DNA of 62,596 nucleotides, filler included, from Platydemus manokwari (Eukaryota): NCBI GenBank assembly GCA_037951405.1. It is 5 parts of 5 records of this genome, joined end to end, with 100 filler letters (N's around TTAATTAATTAA, not from the genome) between each part and the next. Parts side by side here need not be neighbours in the genome. Positions count along the whole stretch, not along the records: positions 22,797 to 39,957 come from JBBMOY011113664.1; positions 40,058 to 49,897 come from JBBMOY011198099.1; positions 49,998 to 62,596 come from JBBMOY010057791.1; 2 more parts are not named here. One strand, 5' to 3'. Shown piece by piece: positions 37,901 to 50,069 of this stretch (position 1 is its first letter; each line of letters starts with the position of its first letter). The notes under the pieces were generated by a model. It saw only the letters and a program-made list of their open reading frames with translations, ran no database searches and was not told where the DNA came from. The position numbers and the translations under genes were made by a program.

Positions 37901-38327
37901 TCCAATGATATTAAATGCAAATAAATATGCACAAAAACTGGATATAAAAGAACTTGTAGTTCAGCCTGTACAAATGGTCTTAAATTAGAGGAAAAGTAAA
38001 ATAGATTACTCTATGCAATAACATAGAATTTTCCACAAATTCTCGTAATTTGGCATATTGCTCAGTTAATGAAAAACAAATATCTGAATCCCTAAGAAGT
38101 AAATCAATGATAATTACATAATAACACATACAAACTTTTTAATTTCATGAATAAAATTATCAGATATCTTAGCTTCTTGCTTTAACTTCTCTTCAGTTTC
38201 CTAAAAGACTTTCAGTATGATCATAAATGAAAAGCGATACCTTTAAATTATACTTATTTAGCAGACTAAATAATTTCTTAAAATCATCTTTATCAACATT
38301 TAGTTCATTCAAATTATTTTCATCCAT
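34942..38327 (-). CDS. TAF5: transcription initiation factor TFIID subunit 5 (LisH + NTD2 + WD40), multi-exon
   Basis: Exon 1 38241-38327 (MDENN...LLNKYNLK), exon 2 38136-38200 (ETEEKLKQEA), exon 3 38010-38091, exon 4 from 37965 (AELQVLLYPVFVHIYL, NTD2). WD40 exons read GHAGGVYDLAWS...SASSDGTVRLW and FHNNVNYLASGSTDRVVRLFD. The last exon 34942-35385 ends with YTKKTPILNLQFNRRNML. Introns are GT-AG, several 40-45 nt. Confidence 0.93.
36480..36661 (-). repeat. TAF5 intron built from three tandem ~55-nt units
   Basis: Unit gt(a/g)atcatt-(gt)n-aatatttattt.atttcgg is repeated three times between the donor at 36661 and the acceptor at 36480. Confidence 0.8.
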
Positions 38328-39957
38328 TAAAAATTATGAATATAAAAACAAATTCTGAAAATGAAGTCAAAGTGGTATGAAAATTTTAAACTTATTTAGT
38401 TTAATATATTTAACTGTAATGAAATTTTATTCTAAAATGATACTAGATTGTATTATTATCACTGAATCTATTGTATTTTATGAACTTCTGATGACTAAGT
38501 TAGAAATTATAATCGAAATTGCTGTTGAATATTTCTAAACTTTAACTCTGATCGTTTGTGACTACTCCTTCACATTCGAATATTATTATGTCGTTAATTA
38601 TGTCAAAGTTATTAAAGTATGTTTGTACTACTTTCGGCTGGCTAAGTATAAGTATTTATTCTCTTGTTAATATTCGATAGTTAGTGTCAGAAAACCTGTC
38701 AGATAAAGTAATAAATTTGTCAAAATAAAAATTCAGTAATTCAGAGAAAGTAATTAATATTGTATCCACTGGAAAGATAGATAGATTTTTGAGTTTATAA
38801 ATAAATATTATCTCATGTATCTAAATATTACAAAATGTCATTTTGTTCTTACCATGATATTATACTATCCTTTATTATTTTATATTTTATTAATTACTCT
38901 TTTTTTCAATAATAAAATTATTAATTAAAAATATTATGAACCAAAAAATCCTTTGCACACTTGATATTCATCCCATAAAGAAAGATTAAAAAATTTTGAG
39001 GGTATAGGTTTCATTCAAAATCAAAATATAATTATCAAAACTTAGATCGTTCAAAAATCATTTACAATTTGATTTGTTTGTCTTCTTTATTCGTCTAGAT
39101 TAACTGCCCAGTTATCCCTTATGTTTTTTCGTCTTCTTTAGAACTCTTTACTTCCTCTTTCATTAGGTTGTGATTTTCTCTTGACTTTTCCAGTTTTTCC
39201 TCTTTTATCGTGATTATACCTCTCTTTCACTTTCATTCTCATTAATTTCCTTTACTCCATACTTTCTTTTCCTTCTCATTATCTATGTTTCAACATCTTT
39301 CTTATGCTATTTACTCTCCTTTGTTTTTTATTTAGGTTTCTATGCATCTTGTCTTTTTTGTCTGCGCTTGTGCCAGTCTATTCAATCTCTTTGACAAAAA
39401 TTTTTTTATTTGAGCTCCCAAAGGAGTGCAATATAAAATATTTGTGTTTTTGATTTTATTATTCAATTAAAGTTGGTTTAAATATTTTAATCTGTCGAAT
39501 CCTAATTGATTCAGTAAAATACACTACCGGAAAATTTAATAGACTCAAGTCTAAATACACTGAGAGATTGAAAGTTTCTTGAGTTTGAAGGTAAAGATAT
39601 GGCAGACCTACTGAAGCAAGACTCTATTTATATGTGAATAGTAACAATTAGCACCCTTACGTGTGATGATGCAACGAAAGAATTAAATTAGATGAGAACG
39701 GAAATTGGGATGGAGTAATTTCTCAGGGGATCAGTCCGAAAAGATGAGCAGAAGTGAAAGAAAGGCAAGATCAAAACAAAATCAGCAATCCCAGATGATG
39801 CAAAGATCGAAACATTGAGGTGGTAGGAACTTCACAAACGAGTGGACATTGATTAGGAGTTCGACGACGGATACTTGTAAATATTCACATTTTGTGATTC
39901 ATTCATTTTAAATTTATCTCAAATCTTTATCTTGGACCCAGGCATTTCCCAACTCCT

Positions 39958-40057
39958 NNNNNNNNNNNNNNNNNNNNNNNNNNNNNNNNNNNNNNNNNNN
40001 NTTAATTAATTAANNNNNNNNNNNNNNNNNNNNNNNNNNNNNNNNNNNNNNNNNNNN
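39958..40057. other. assembly gap with artificial linker
   Basis: 44 N + ttaattaattaa + 44 N. Confidence 0.97.
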
Positions 40058-40399
40058 TAATTTGTTTAAAAATCGTATTAAGTGTTGTAATTAAATAAAA
40101 TTTAAGAAAACCGATGTAATGAGTCCTTTGCTGAAACATCAATTACAAGTGAAGTAGTCGCTACCAACAAAAGCCAAGGAATAAACTAGATGCGGGAAAG
40201 ATTTACTTATTTCATGATCTCATTGACTTTTGCAAGGGAAGTCAATGAAGCTGATTTACAGTCACAGCAAATCGAATAATCGGTTTAACACCGACAATGT
40301 TATAGAGAATAAAGATCATAAATATTTTAAAAATATTCAAAGAATGAGTAAAAATAACCTAAGTTTAAAAAGCAAAATCAAAAAATGCCGCTAAATATT

Positions 40400-41579
40400 G
40401 AAAAAAGTCTAAAACTTCGATCCAAATGACATATTGAATAACATTTTTAATTGCTTCCTGGATAAAATACAAAACCAAAATGATAATCGGAATAAACCAT
40501 AAGAGTAAGGAAAGGATTCAATAACAAAAAACCAACAATCGCAACAAGAAAATGAATTTTTAAGAAATATGAGAAAGATTATTAATGATATTGTTAATGA
40601 TGATGAAATCAACTCTAGACCATCCATTGATGATGTAATTAATTATTTCTCTCATGAAAAACCCAGCTCAACCACATGGAATTATAATAATGGGTATTGT
40701 AAAACTACCATTGATAAATTAGAGTTAGAACCCATTCATCCGAATGAAGTTCTCTCTGTTTTGAAATCCACAGATAATACCTCACCTAGCGGTGACAAAA
40801 TTACATACCGTGACCTTTCACTTCTAGACCCTGAAGGTATACTTTAAATTCACTTTTTTAATAAAGTCATTTCGACTCATACATTTTCAGACAATTGGCG
40901 AAAGTTTCAGACAACCCTCATTCCAAAACCAGATAAAGATGGCCAATATAAAAATATAAATTACTGGCGACCAATAGCTCTCTTATCAACTTCATACAAG
41001 ATTTTTTCGTCAATATTGACTAGAAGATTAGAGCATTGGATCAGATATAATAACCTACTAAACAGATGTCAAAAAGGCGGTTCAAAATACGAGGGTTGTA
41101 TTGAACACAACGCCATTCTAAATGTTGCTTTTCAACATTCAAAATATACTCGACATTTGTCCATTTCTGTTGCTTGGCTTGAGATTGCAAACGCCTTTCC
41201 CAATGTCCCACATAAATATCTATGGGGTCTACTGCATTTTATAGGTGTAGATGACTCTTTTTTCAATATTCTTGAATTGTTCTATACAGAAATAAGTTCA
41301 TTTTATGCTTGTGGACCTATTACTACACCGGATTTGCCTATTCAAAGAGGAGTCAAACAGAGCTGTCATATATCGATGACTCTGTTAGCTTTGGCAATCA
41401 ACCCAGTACTCGAAGTCATTGAAATTTTATCAGTTCCTAAATTCTCAATAGGAATTAACTCTGTTAAGGTTCTTGCTGACGCTGATGATATTGCTTTGAT
41501 TGCTAACAATACTCCTGATCTACAGAAACTAATCGATAAAGCTGTTGAAATAACTGAATGGGCTTGTTTAATATGGTGA
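40400..41579 (+). mobile_element. R2/NeSL/Utopia-type non-LTR reverse transcriptase pseudogene
   Basis: TSPSGDKITY, TLIPK, WRPIALLSTSYKIF, QKG...EGCIEHN, AWLEIANAFPNVPH (D>E), RGVKQSCHIS and LADADDIALIA (YADD>DADD); frameshift near 40845; truncated at about 41570. Confidence 0.88.
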
Positions 41580-41639
41580 CTGTTTAAATATTTTGAATTA
41601 TTTGAGTTTCTTCTTCACTTAAGTTACTTAGATAAATTT

Positions 41640-43045
41640 CTAGAGATGATAAATTATGTTTATTATTTATATTGTTTGGTTTTATATTTTCAAACAGGGA
41701 AATTTTTTCAGTAGTTCATAATCTTCTTTAAATTCTGCTTCGAACAAAGGTAAATTAAATTCTTTTCTTAATTCTAAAAACCCTTCGTATTTCATTGACT
41801 TACTGATTTTATCTAAAGAGTTTCGAAATAATCTTAAAGAGTCTGTGAATCTTATGCAACCATAAATAAAAGAAATATATATCTCTACCGTTAAAGGTAA
41901 TATTTTTATTTATTTTGAATCTATAATTTGATTTATCTCTTTGGCTAAATATCTTATTAAATGGAAATCATATTTTGATCCGCTGTGGAAGTATAATGGG
42001 AAGTTTTTTGGTTTTCTTGTTACATTCTTTACATGCTGCTTCTCTGTAGTTATTAGGTTGTAAATAATGATCAGATCTCTAACTTTATCTTTACATTCTT
42101 TTTCACAATAAATACATATATTTGACTTAATAAAGTTAATTCTATCTTCTTCTTTCATTTCTATTTCAAATTTGGAATTTAATAATTCTTTAAATCTAAT
42201 TTCATTTTCAATGATATATCTTATCTTATCTTTCTTTATTTTCTATTAAAGCTGGATATCTTGATATTAGTTTCAGATAGATACATGAGGGTTTTTGATT
42301 AAATTTAACTTTTGTGCTCTTATTTTTTTGAATATCAGTAGGAATATTTAAACATTCAATATCTGATATTATGATAAAAGGAACTATTACTTGATGATTA
42401 TAATTTTTAAACTTTGGATTATTGCAAGTACATTCTTCTTTATCTTTACATATCATACAATCTTCGGGATCTATATTTAAAAGGCATAGTTATTCTTGCT
42501 ATATCGTTACCGTTTTTACCGCAAATTCTTTGATGATTTCTAAAGCTGTTTCCTGTTATAAAATAGCAGCAACATTTATCGCATATATTTAATTCTTAAT
42601 TATTTCTTAACCTATAGCTTATTTCTATCTTCATAAACTTATTAAAGTTTTTTATATAAACATAGTATGTTTTACCTCTTTTTTCTAAATATAGAAGTTT
42701 TATATCTTGAGTATAATTTTCTTTTTGTGATATATAAATTAGATATATTTGATAATCTTTTCTTTCAGTATATTTACGTATGTTTTCTCAGTTTAAATAT
42801 TTTATTTATGATCGTTTATTTAATCCGTAAACATTTATTTTAAAATTATTATTATTTTAAAATTTCTTAATTTCATTAATTGGTGTTGGAAATGTTAAAT
42901 CATTTGTATTTATTGTATTAAAATGTCTGATGTAATGACTTGGTCTATTTGGGTTAGATCTAAAACCAATTGGTTATAAATGCGCTAGTATTGAATATAG
43001 AAAACACCTGTTATCATAATTTTCTTAATTTATTAAAGTCCATTC
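41640..43045 (-). mobile_element. Polinton/Maverick (adintovirus-like) protein-primed DNA polymerase B, N-terminal/exonuclease fragment
   Basis: NYDNRCFLYSILAHL, LTFPTPINEIKKF...INVYG, CDKCC...NHQRIC, FKNY...PFIIISDIEC (ExoI), CIYC....KVRD, FHSGSKYDFHLI (ExoII) and IRFTDSLRLF..SLDK; frameshifted. Confidence 0.82.
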
Positions 43046-43421
43046 GATTGACATCAGATTAAAATGTTCAAGTTAGTGAATCCACTAAAAATTCAACAGC
43101 TTATTTACCAAACTTTAAATGAGATTTCTAAGGGAAATAGTGATATGAAAATCGCTTGGTTTCTTCAGTTACTCAATGCCTGATGCTGATTATTTGATTT
43201 GCTTAGACTGTAGATCTAATTTCTCATTTAAACTTAGATATACATAAAAAACCCATTACCACATCTAGGTCATTTCACTTCGACCTATACAAATGGAATA
43301 TAATCACATCACATTAAATAATTGCATCAAATTCTCAAAGATTTTTTTAACATTTATTTGATAAGGAATTATTCACATGAATAATGTTTCGCAAATATAT
43401 AATTTTCAAAAACTGCCAATA

Positions 43422-44375
43422 TCAAGCACATACATATCCGACATTATCTATTTCATCGGAACATTGTTCTGAGCAACAGTATTCACAACTCACTGTAAAT
43501 TTATTTTCAGCGATGCCTAAAAAAAGAAAATAATTTGAATTTTTCTAAATAAATGATAACATTGAGAAGCCGCTACTCCTTGAGATTCAAGACCAATTGA
43601 AAAAAGTAGTAGCCAAAATATGACAATTTCCTGAAATTACAATTGTAATTACAATGATAATTTTGTGAGAAATTATTATTACACACAATATTTTCGACAA
43701 CCAATCAGCATCATTCATTCTATTTTTGTTAAACATAATAACATTGATTATTTAACTCGATACACATACACATCTCCAACGATAATTATCAAAATTTTAT
43801 TGTATTATATTTATATAAGTTTTGTTTATTGAGCTTAAATCACGTAGTTTGAATTACTTTGATCTTCGAAATATCATTATGAGCACATATTATTCATTGA
43901 TATTATTGATTTACTAATTAATTGACTTATGATGAATAATTTTAATAGTGCACATTTTATACTAAGACCTAAAAATAGTTTATAGAGTTGCACTATCAAT
44001 ATAAATATCATTGAAATTGAGGGTATAAATATTGACGATTCCAATAATCAGCACACCAATTTATCAAGTCATCAGTATTTGATAACACCATTAATATACC
44101 ATTTATAATTCGATCATTGAAATATTAAAACACAAGATCATTTAATTGACTAACCAATCCATATTCCCACTTTAAATACTCGATAAAAGTTATTACATTG
44201 ATAACATGACTTTTTATTTCAAAAATTTAATTTATTCATAAGATTTTATAATATTTAATTTCAAATAAAAATTTCGTGAAATCAAAATCGCAACAATAAT
44301 TATCAGAATAATAAATTAATTAATAATTTCATTTCGAAACTCTACACATCAACTGGTATATTTGTAACTAACCAT
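43422..44375 (-). CDS. secreted six-cysteine knottin/conotoxin-like peptide precursor, copy 1 (55 aa)
   Basis: Exons 44373-44375 (ATG|gttagt), 43561-43630 and 43422-43516; introns 742 and 44 nt, GT-AG, phases 0 and 1. Product MEIVIFWLLLFSIGLESQGVAA-SQCIAENKFTVSCEYCCSEQCSDEIDNVGYVCA*. The same exon sizes occur in the paralog. Confidence 0.8.
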
Positions 44376-44999
44376 TTTTGTAAAATAGGCACCAAATATT
44401 TTTTCTTGACAAAGTCACTTCAGAAAATAATAATGATCATACATAATTTCGATTCGAATAAATTCCATTTTCACTTCTCATACGAGTTTAAAAAAATCAT
44501 TATCGTTGTGTCGATTAAGAATTTACATTAGTTCGAATTAATGATTTCATTTTTAAATAAATAGTCTCCGTTACAGAAACAAAGTTGTATCTGTTATGGT
44601 GGACATGGATTATTTCGTTGTGATATAAAATATTTGAATAACTATATATCAGAGTAAAATTTTAATGTTTAAACTGGCTATTTTTAGGTGAAATACAAAA
44701 ATTTATTAAGTTATCTGATTTGCTAACATTAAAATCGGAATCTTTTTGCATAATCTATTATTTATTTTTGCATTTAGCGTGTTCAACTAATTCCACTTCA
44801 AAAATATCTTCGAATAATGTTATCAATGAGACAACTGTTTAACAATCTCCGTCCAAATTTACATATCTACAAGAAAGTATCAACGGATCCGATTATTGAA
44901 TAAATTCACAAAACCAGATTATTAAATATTATTTTAATATTTCGAAAATATTAAGCAAGAATTCCAAAAATGTCTAAATAGATTGATATTGATGAGTTC

Positions 45000-47050
45000 T
45001 TATTAACTAACACCCTTGATCTAGATAATATCATCAATTTCCTATTGATCCAAGTGATTAGGATCAAGTGAAGAAATTCTAAATCAGGAGAAACTTCTGA
45101 ATAATGTACGAATACTTGATTCGGAGACACATTAATAATCAAGAAATTCATACTAAATATATAATTTTCAAAACTGGGATTCAATATTTGGTTGAATCAG
45201 TGTTGATTGTGGGACTAAGGAAGAAAATGAAATTATATAACATAAGAGTCGAATCCTCTAGTTTGAATGACGTCATAATAATGAAATTCGAAAAAAATAT
45301 TTTTAAAATAAGATCTACGGCGATTATTTGGAAAAAAAAATAGAAGAAATTATTCTACAGATTCTCAATTGGTTCAAAGATATAGTTAATTACCATTAAA
45401 GGTCAGATGATCATTTAGAATCACATAATGAAGAAAGTAGATATATAATTGCAACTCTAGATAAAACTCATCACTCAGACTCAAAGGTATAGAACCAGAG
45501 GTAATCATTCGAGAACCGCAGATTATAAGTATGAAAGATTTTCATATTCAATGAACTACATCACTGAAAGATTATACAATCAATGTGTGTCAATTATGAA
45601 AGAAGATTGCAAATAAGAGTTACGACTTTAAGTTGTCAAAACGATCAGATTGTCTGAAGAATAAAATGAATAAATAGATTATTGAAATTATAAGTAGAAT
45701 TTAGAAAAATTATTGCATGAGTAAATATAATATGAAATCGTTATCAATAACAGAATTTCTTTCACACAACAAGATCTTTAAATTGTGAAGATTGACATGA
45801 GATATGAAATAAATTTACTATATTGAAATTTAATCTGCGGGCTAATGGTAAGAATAGGAAGGAGAATTAAAATAAAATTTTAAATTACTTAAAAGTATTT
45901 CAAAAATCAATTTCAATGAGTCGCCTTATAAAGAAGTTTGGACTTGCTTGTAATTCCGCAAGATATGCAGTATTGCAAAAATTTTATTTCCAAATCTCCA
46001 CTATGAAACACTGTAAATATTCAAGAGCAAGTGAAGTGTAATTTTTATGTTAACTTTGAACGTGTGAAAAGATTAATGTCACTGAAATCAAATTAAATAT
46101 CAATAACTAATATGGTAGAAAAGTTTATTTTCAAGATTTTCAGAATATAATAAATAAAACATTGCCAGACAACAGAGAGAAAAGGGAAGCGGAATTATCA
46201 ATGACGAGAGAAAAAGTAAATCTTACGATTAATAGAATCGATGAATTATTAAATAGCTAGACAAAAATAAAGTAAAATACTGGAAAAATCAATTTGGAAA
46301 TCCTAGGACTCATTTTGAAGAATAGAGAAATATTAAGAAATAAAACGGCCAAGTTTTTAACTAAACATAATGCCCTAGTGACAATCCCAGTTGGTGAAAA
46401 TTGTGTATTTGCTACGGATTAGAAAAATGATGCACAGCTCCCGATGCGAAGATATTTCTGTAAAACTCATGATCGCATGCTCAAACAAAATTTCAGTTAA
46501 ATGTAGAAGGAAAGCTGGGCTTGATGACAACATATCACAAGAATTATATCGCACAAATGTACGAAGCCTAACATACTACATTGTATTTAAATGTTCGCTA
46601 CGTTTCATAAATTTTCATTAGATCAATCGATCTTTCTTCCAGTAATGAGAATTCTAAAGGCACCGGAATCTGTAACAATCAACAAAATAACAATATTTTT
46701 TTCAATTTCACACCCATTAATTATTTAGAATAAACAGGCATGCACTGATCAGAAGATCCTGTAGAAGCGACGCGTAATCTCTTATTGTCATGAGAATGAC
46801 AAACGGTTTTGAAGCAACTTATTTATACAGTTATGCCAAATTAAAGAGGAAGATAAAATATAGATTTTTTATTGTATGCGATCCGCAGAATGATGGAGTA
46901 TTGCGTAGGATTGGTCTTCATAATAAACAGAGTTTTGAGTTGGCTTACCTTCTTATTATTGCTGCGGTGAAAGAATCTCATAGGCTATACCGAACACACA
47001 GAGCTAAGGAGTTTAAATTTAAATAACGCAATGACATAGCTCACTAGGCG
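45000..47050 (+). mobile_element. decayed Penelope-like retroelement between the knottin genes
   Basis: Fragments KGSGII (DKG..VIM-like, about 46180) and YGL.K...AQLPMR (YGLPK.HK...PLRP-like, about 46410-46450). Boundaries are approximate. Confidence 0.5.
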
Positions 47051-47510
47051 CAAGTTTACGTCTTCGACATGAATTTTTTATTCCGTGTTTTATTTTATAT
47101 AGGTTTAAATCTGTTAAGATCATGCTAAGAACTTCAAATGAATTTTTTCAGGACAGCGACTCTACAACGTTCCTAAAAATTCAACAGATAATTTACCATA
47201 CTTCAAAGATGAGGCTTCTATAGGGAATAAAGACATGCCAAACTCTGGAATTTTTTAGTTACTCAACTCTAGGAACTGATGATTTAATTTTCTTAGAGTG
47301 TAGATCTAATTTCTCTCCAAATTTGTGATATACAAGACATGTCTTTTCTCACATCTAGTTCATTTTATTTCGACCTAAACAAATGGAATATAATCATATC
47401 ACCTTAAATAATTGCATCAAATTCTCAAAAGATTCTTTTAACATTTATTTGATAGCGAGTCATTTACATGAACAATGTCTCGGAAATATAATTTTCGAAA
47501 GCTATCCATG

Positions 47511-47965
47511 TCACGCACACAAAAATCCGATATACAATAAGCTACCACTACATTCATTGGAGCAACAGTTATCACAACTAAAGGCAACATTATATTTTCC
47601 CGTGCCTACAGAATAGAAAATAATTACAAGTTTTCTGAATAAATAATAACATTTAGAAGCTGTTGATCTTTGAGATTGGTGACCAATTGAAAAAAGAAGT
47701 AGCCATAATATAACAATTTTCTGAAATTAGAATTGCTATCGTAATGATATCATTACTAGAAATTATTTTTACAGACATACTATTTTCGTGAACCATTCCG
47801 TTATCATTCATTGTATTTTCTTTCAATGTAATATGATTGATTATTTAACTTGATACACATTCACATATCTTCAACAATAATTATCAGAATATTAATTTAA
47901 TTAATAATTCCATTCAGAACCTTTACACATCAGTTGCCATATTTATTAATATATAAACAAACCAA
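47511..47965 (-). CDS. secreted six-cysteine knottin/conotoxin-like peptide precursor, copy 2 (start exon uncertain)
   Basis: Exons 47651-47720 (70 nt) and 47511-47605 (95 nt) with a 45-nt intron give KIVILWLLLFSIGHQSQRSTA-SKCTGKYNVAFSCDNCCSNECSGSLLYIGFLCA*. The cognate first exon has TTG instead of ATG (47963-47965); an intact ATG|gttagt lies at 48514-48516. Confidence 0.72.
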
Positions 47966-48035
47966 TTTTCTAAAATAGGCACCAAATATTTTCTATTCAC
48001 AAAGTCACTTCAGAAAATAATAATGATCATAATGA

Positions 48036-48516
48036 CTAAAATATGATAATTTCCTGAAATTGGATTTGTAATTACAAAGATAACTTTGTGTGCAATTATT
48101 ATGAGACACAATATTTTCGATAACCAATCAGCATCATTTATTATATTTTCGTTATATATAGATTTTTTTACTCGATACACATTCAGTAAACAAGCAAGCA
48201 ATCAAAACAACATCAAATTAACAAAGCACTAAAACCTAACAGATCAACCACCAATAATCAAACAAATATCATCGTATTTGGAAGTTTGTTCCTAATTTAA
48301 ATAACTCAGCTGTTTTACGAATGTCAGTTATTTTCTAAATTATTCTATTTTGTGATATTAATTTTGATATTTTCGAATTTTTGAAAACATTGGTATTATG
48401 AGTTTAAATCACGTGGTTTGAATTACTTTAATTATCAGAATATTAACTTAATTAAAAATTCCATTCAGAACCTCTACACATCAATTGGCATATTTATTAA
48501 TATATAAACTAACCAT
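48036..48516 (-). pseudogene. truncated knottin paralog, copy 3
   Basis: ATG exon 48514-48516, an intron similar to that of copy 1, an acceptor and exon start at 48053 reading EIIIF* (TGG>TAG), then fusion to the 5' flank of copy 2. Confidence 0.7.
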
Positions 48517-49897
48517 TTTTGTAAAATAGGCACCAAATATTTTCTCTTCACAAAGTCACTTCAGAAAATAATAATGATCATACATAATTTCGATTCGAAT
48601 AAATTCTTTTTTCAATGCTTATTCGAGTTAGAAAATCTCCACCATTGTCTCGATTAATAATTTACATGATTAATAAACCTATAACTCATATGGTCTACAT
48701 TTCATTACCATAGGAAAGATTTGAATAATTACAATATTCGAACGATAATTTTGTAACATAATTTACAACAGTAAAATCCTTATTTTAAACACATTTAATA
48801 TTTAGACTGATTACTATATCAAGTGAAAGAAACCAATTTATGTTGTTATATTTGATTTTCTAGGATTAAAATCGAAATCTTTATAAATTTTGAATCTTGG
48901 ACAACTTCAAACCTTGTTTATAAATGCCTGTTTTATATGATATGATGTTGAAAAAGTAAATAATTGATATACATGGTGTTATTGTTTGTATTTCTGAGGA
49001 AAGTATTTATTTTGTTCACTGTCAGCAAGTCAAAACTTATTTTCAATAACAAATATAGCGAAAAAATAAAGATTTAAATTATTAATTGCTAGTAAAAAAG
49101 GATAGTAAGAAAAAAAACAAAATGGTAATGTAATGTTCTAATCGTTGAATTTTACCGGATTCTGATGATGTATCAGGAATAGTTAGTGTTGCTGAAACTT
49201 CTGCCAATCAAGCCAAACAATTTTAGGAAACAGTTCTTGAGACAGAAAGACTTTAATAAATACTCACATTGTTAAAAAAAAGTGAAGAAAACAGAACTAA
49301 AATGTGCAGAAAGATTGATATTGCCAGTAGCTATCTTATGTAGTTTTTGGAATTTTTTATGATTTTATTATAAGAGCTTTTAAAAACAAAAAATGTCTAC
49401 AATTATTTTCCCCAAGTCAACTAAAAGAAATCACTTTTTAAACTGCTGATGAAAACTATACTTATATTAAAGTTTATAAATGAATATAGAATTAATAACT
49501 AATAATATTAATTAATATTCATAATTAATTAATCACTAATTTTGATTAAAAATATATGGTTAACAATTTTTGATTTAGACGTTAAGATTTTAACGAGAAA
49601 CTGACTGAAATGGAATGCATTAAAAACAGTAAAATGAAATATCAACATTTAATAATAATTTTACTTAAACAATAATGTGGATTGCAATTTTAAAAATAAC
49701 GAAATTGGTATTTAAATATTTAACACTTTCAATACGACATTTGGCCAGTGAAAATATTTTTGTATACCTGAACTATATGTGCTGCAAATAAATAAAGGAA
49801 CATATTTACATAATTTCAGGTTTTTAGAAAATATGGTTTTTTGAAAAAATGCCTTGGGACACATATGTCCCTGCAGTAGTTTAATGCGAATATTTTT

Positions 49898-49997
49898 NNN
49901 NNNNNNNNNNNNNNNNNNNNNNNNNNNNNNNNNNNNNNNNNTTAATTAATTAANNNNNNNNNNNNNNNNNNNNNNNNNNNNNNNNNNNNNNNNNNNN
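49898..49997. other. assembly gap with artificial linker
   Basis: 44 N + ttaattaattaa + 44 N. Confidence 0.97.

Positions 49998-50069
<72 letters not shown>
49998..50069. repeat. (TAT)n microsatellite
   Basis: Direct reading; abuts the gap. Confidence 0.95.

Noticed and set aside
47383-47616. Plus-strand 77-aa ORF in the ORF track, and minus-strand ORF 48010-48201
   Set aside because: Antisense or intronic shadows of the spliced knottin genes; the equivalent plus frame in copy 1 is interrupted by stops.
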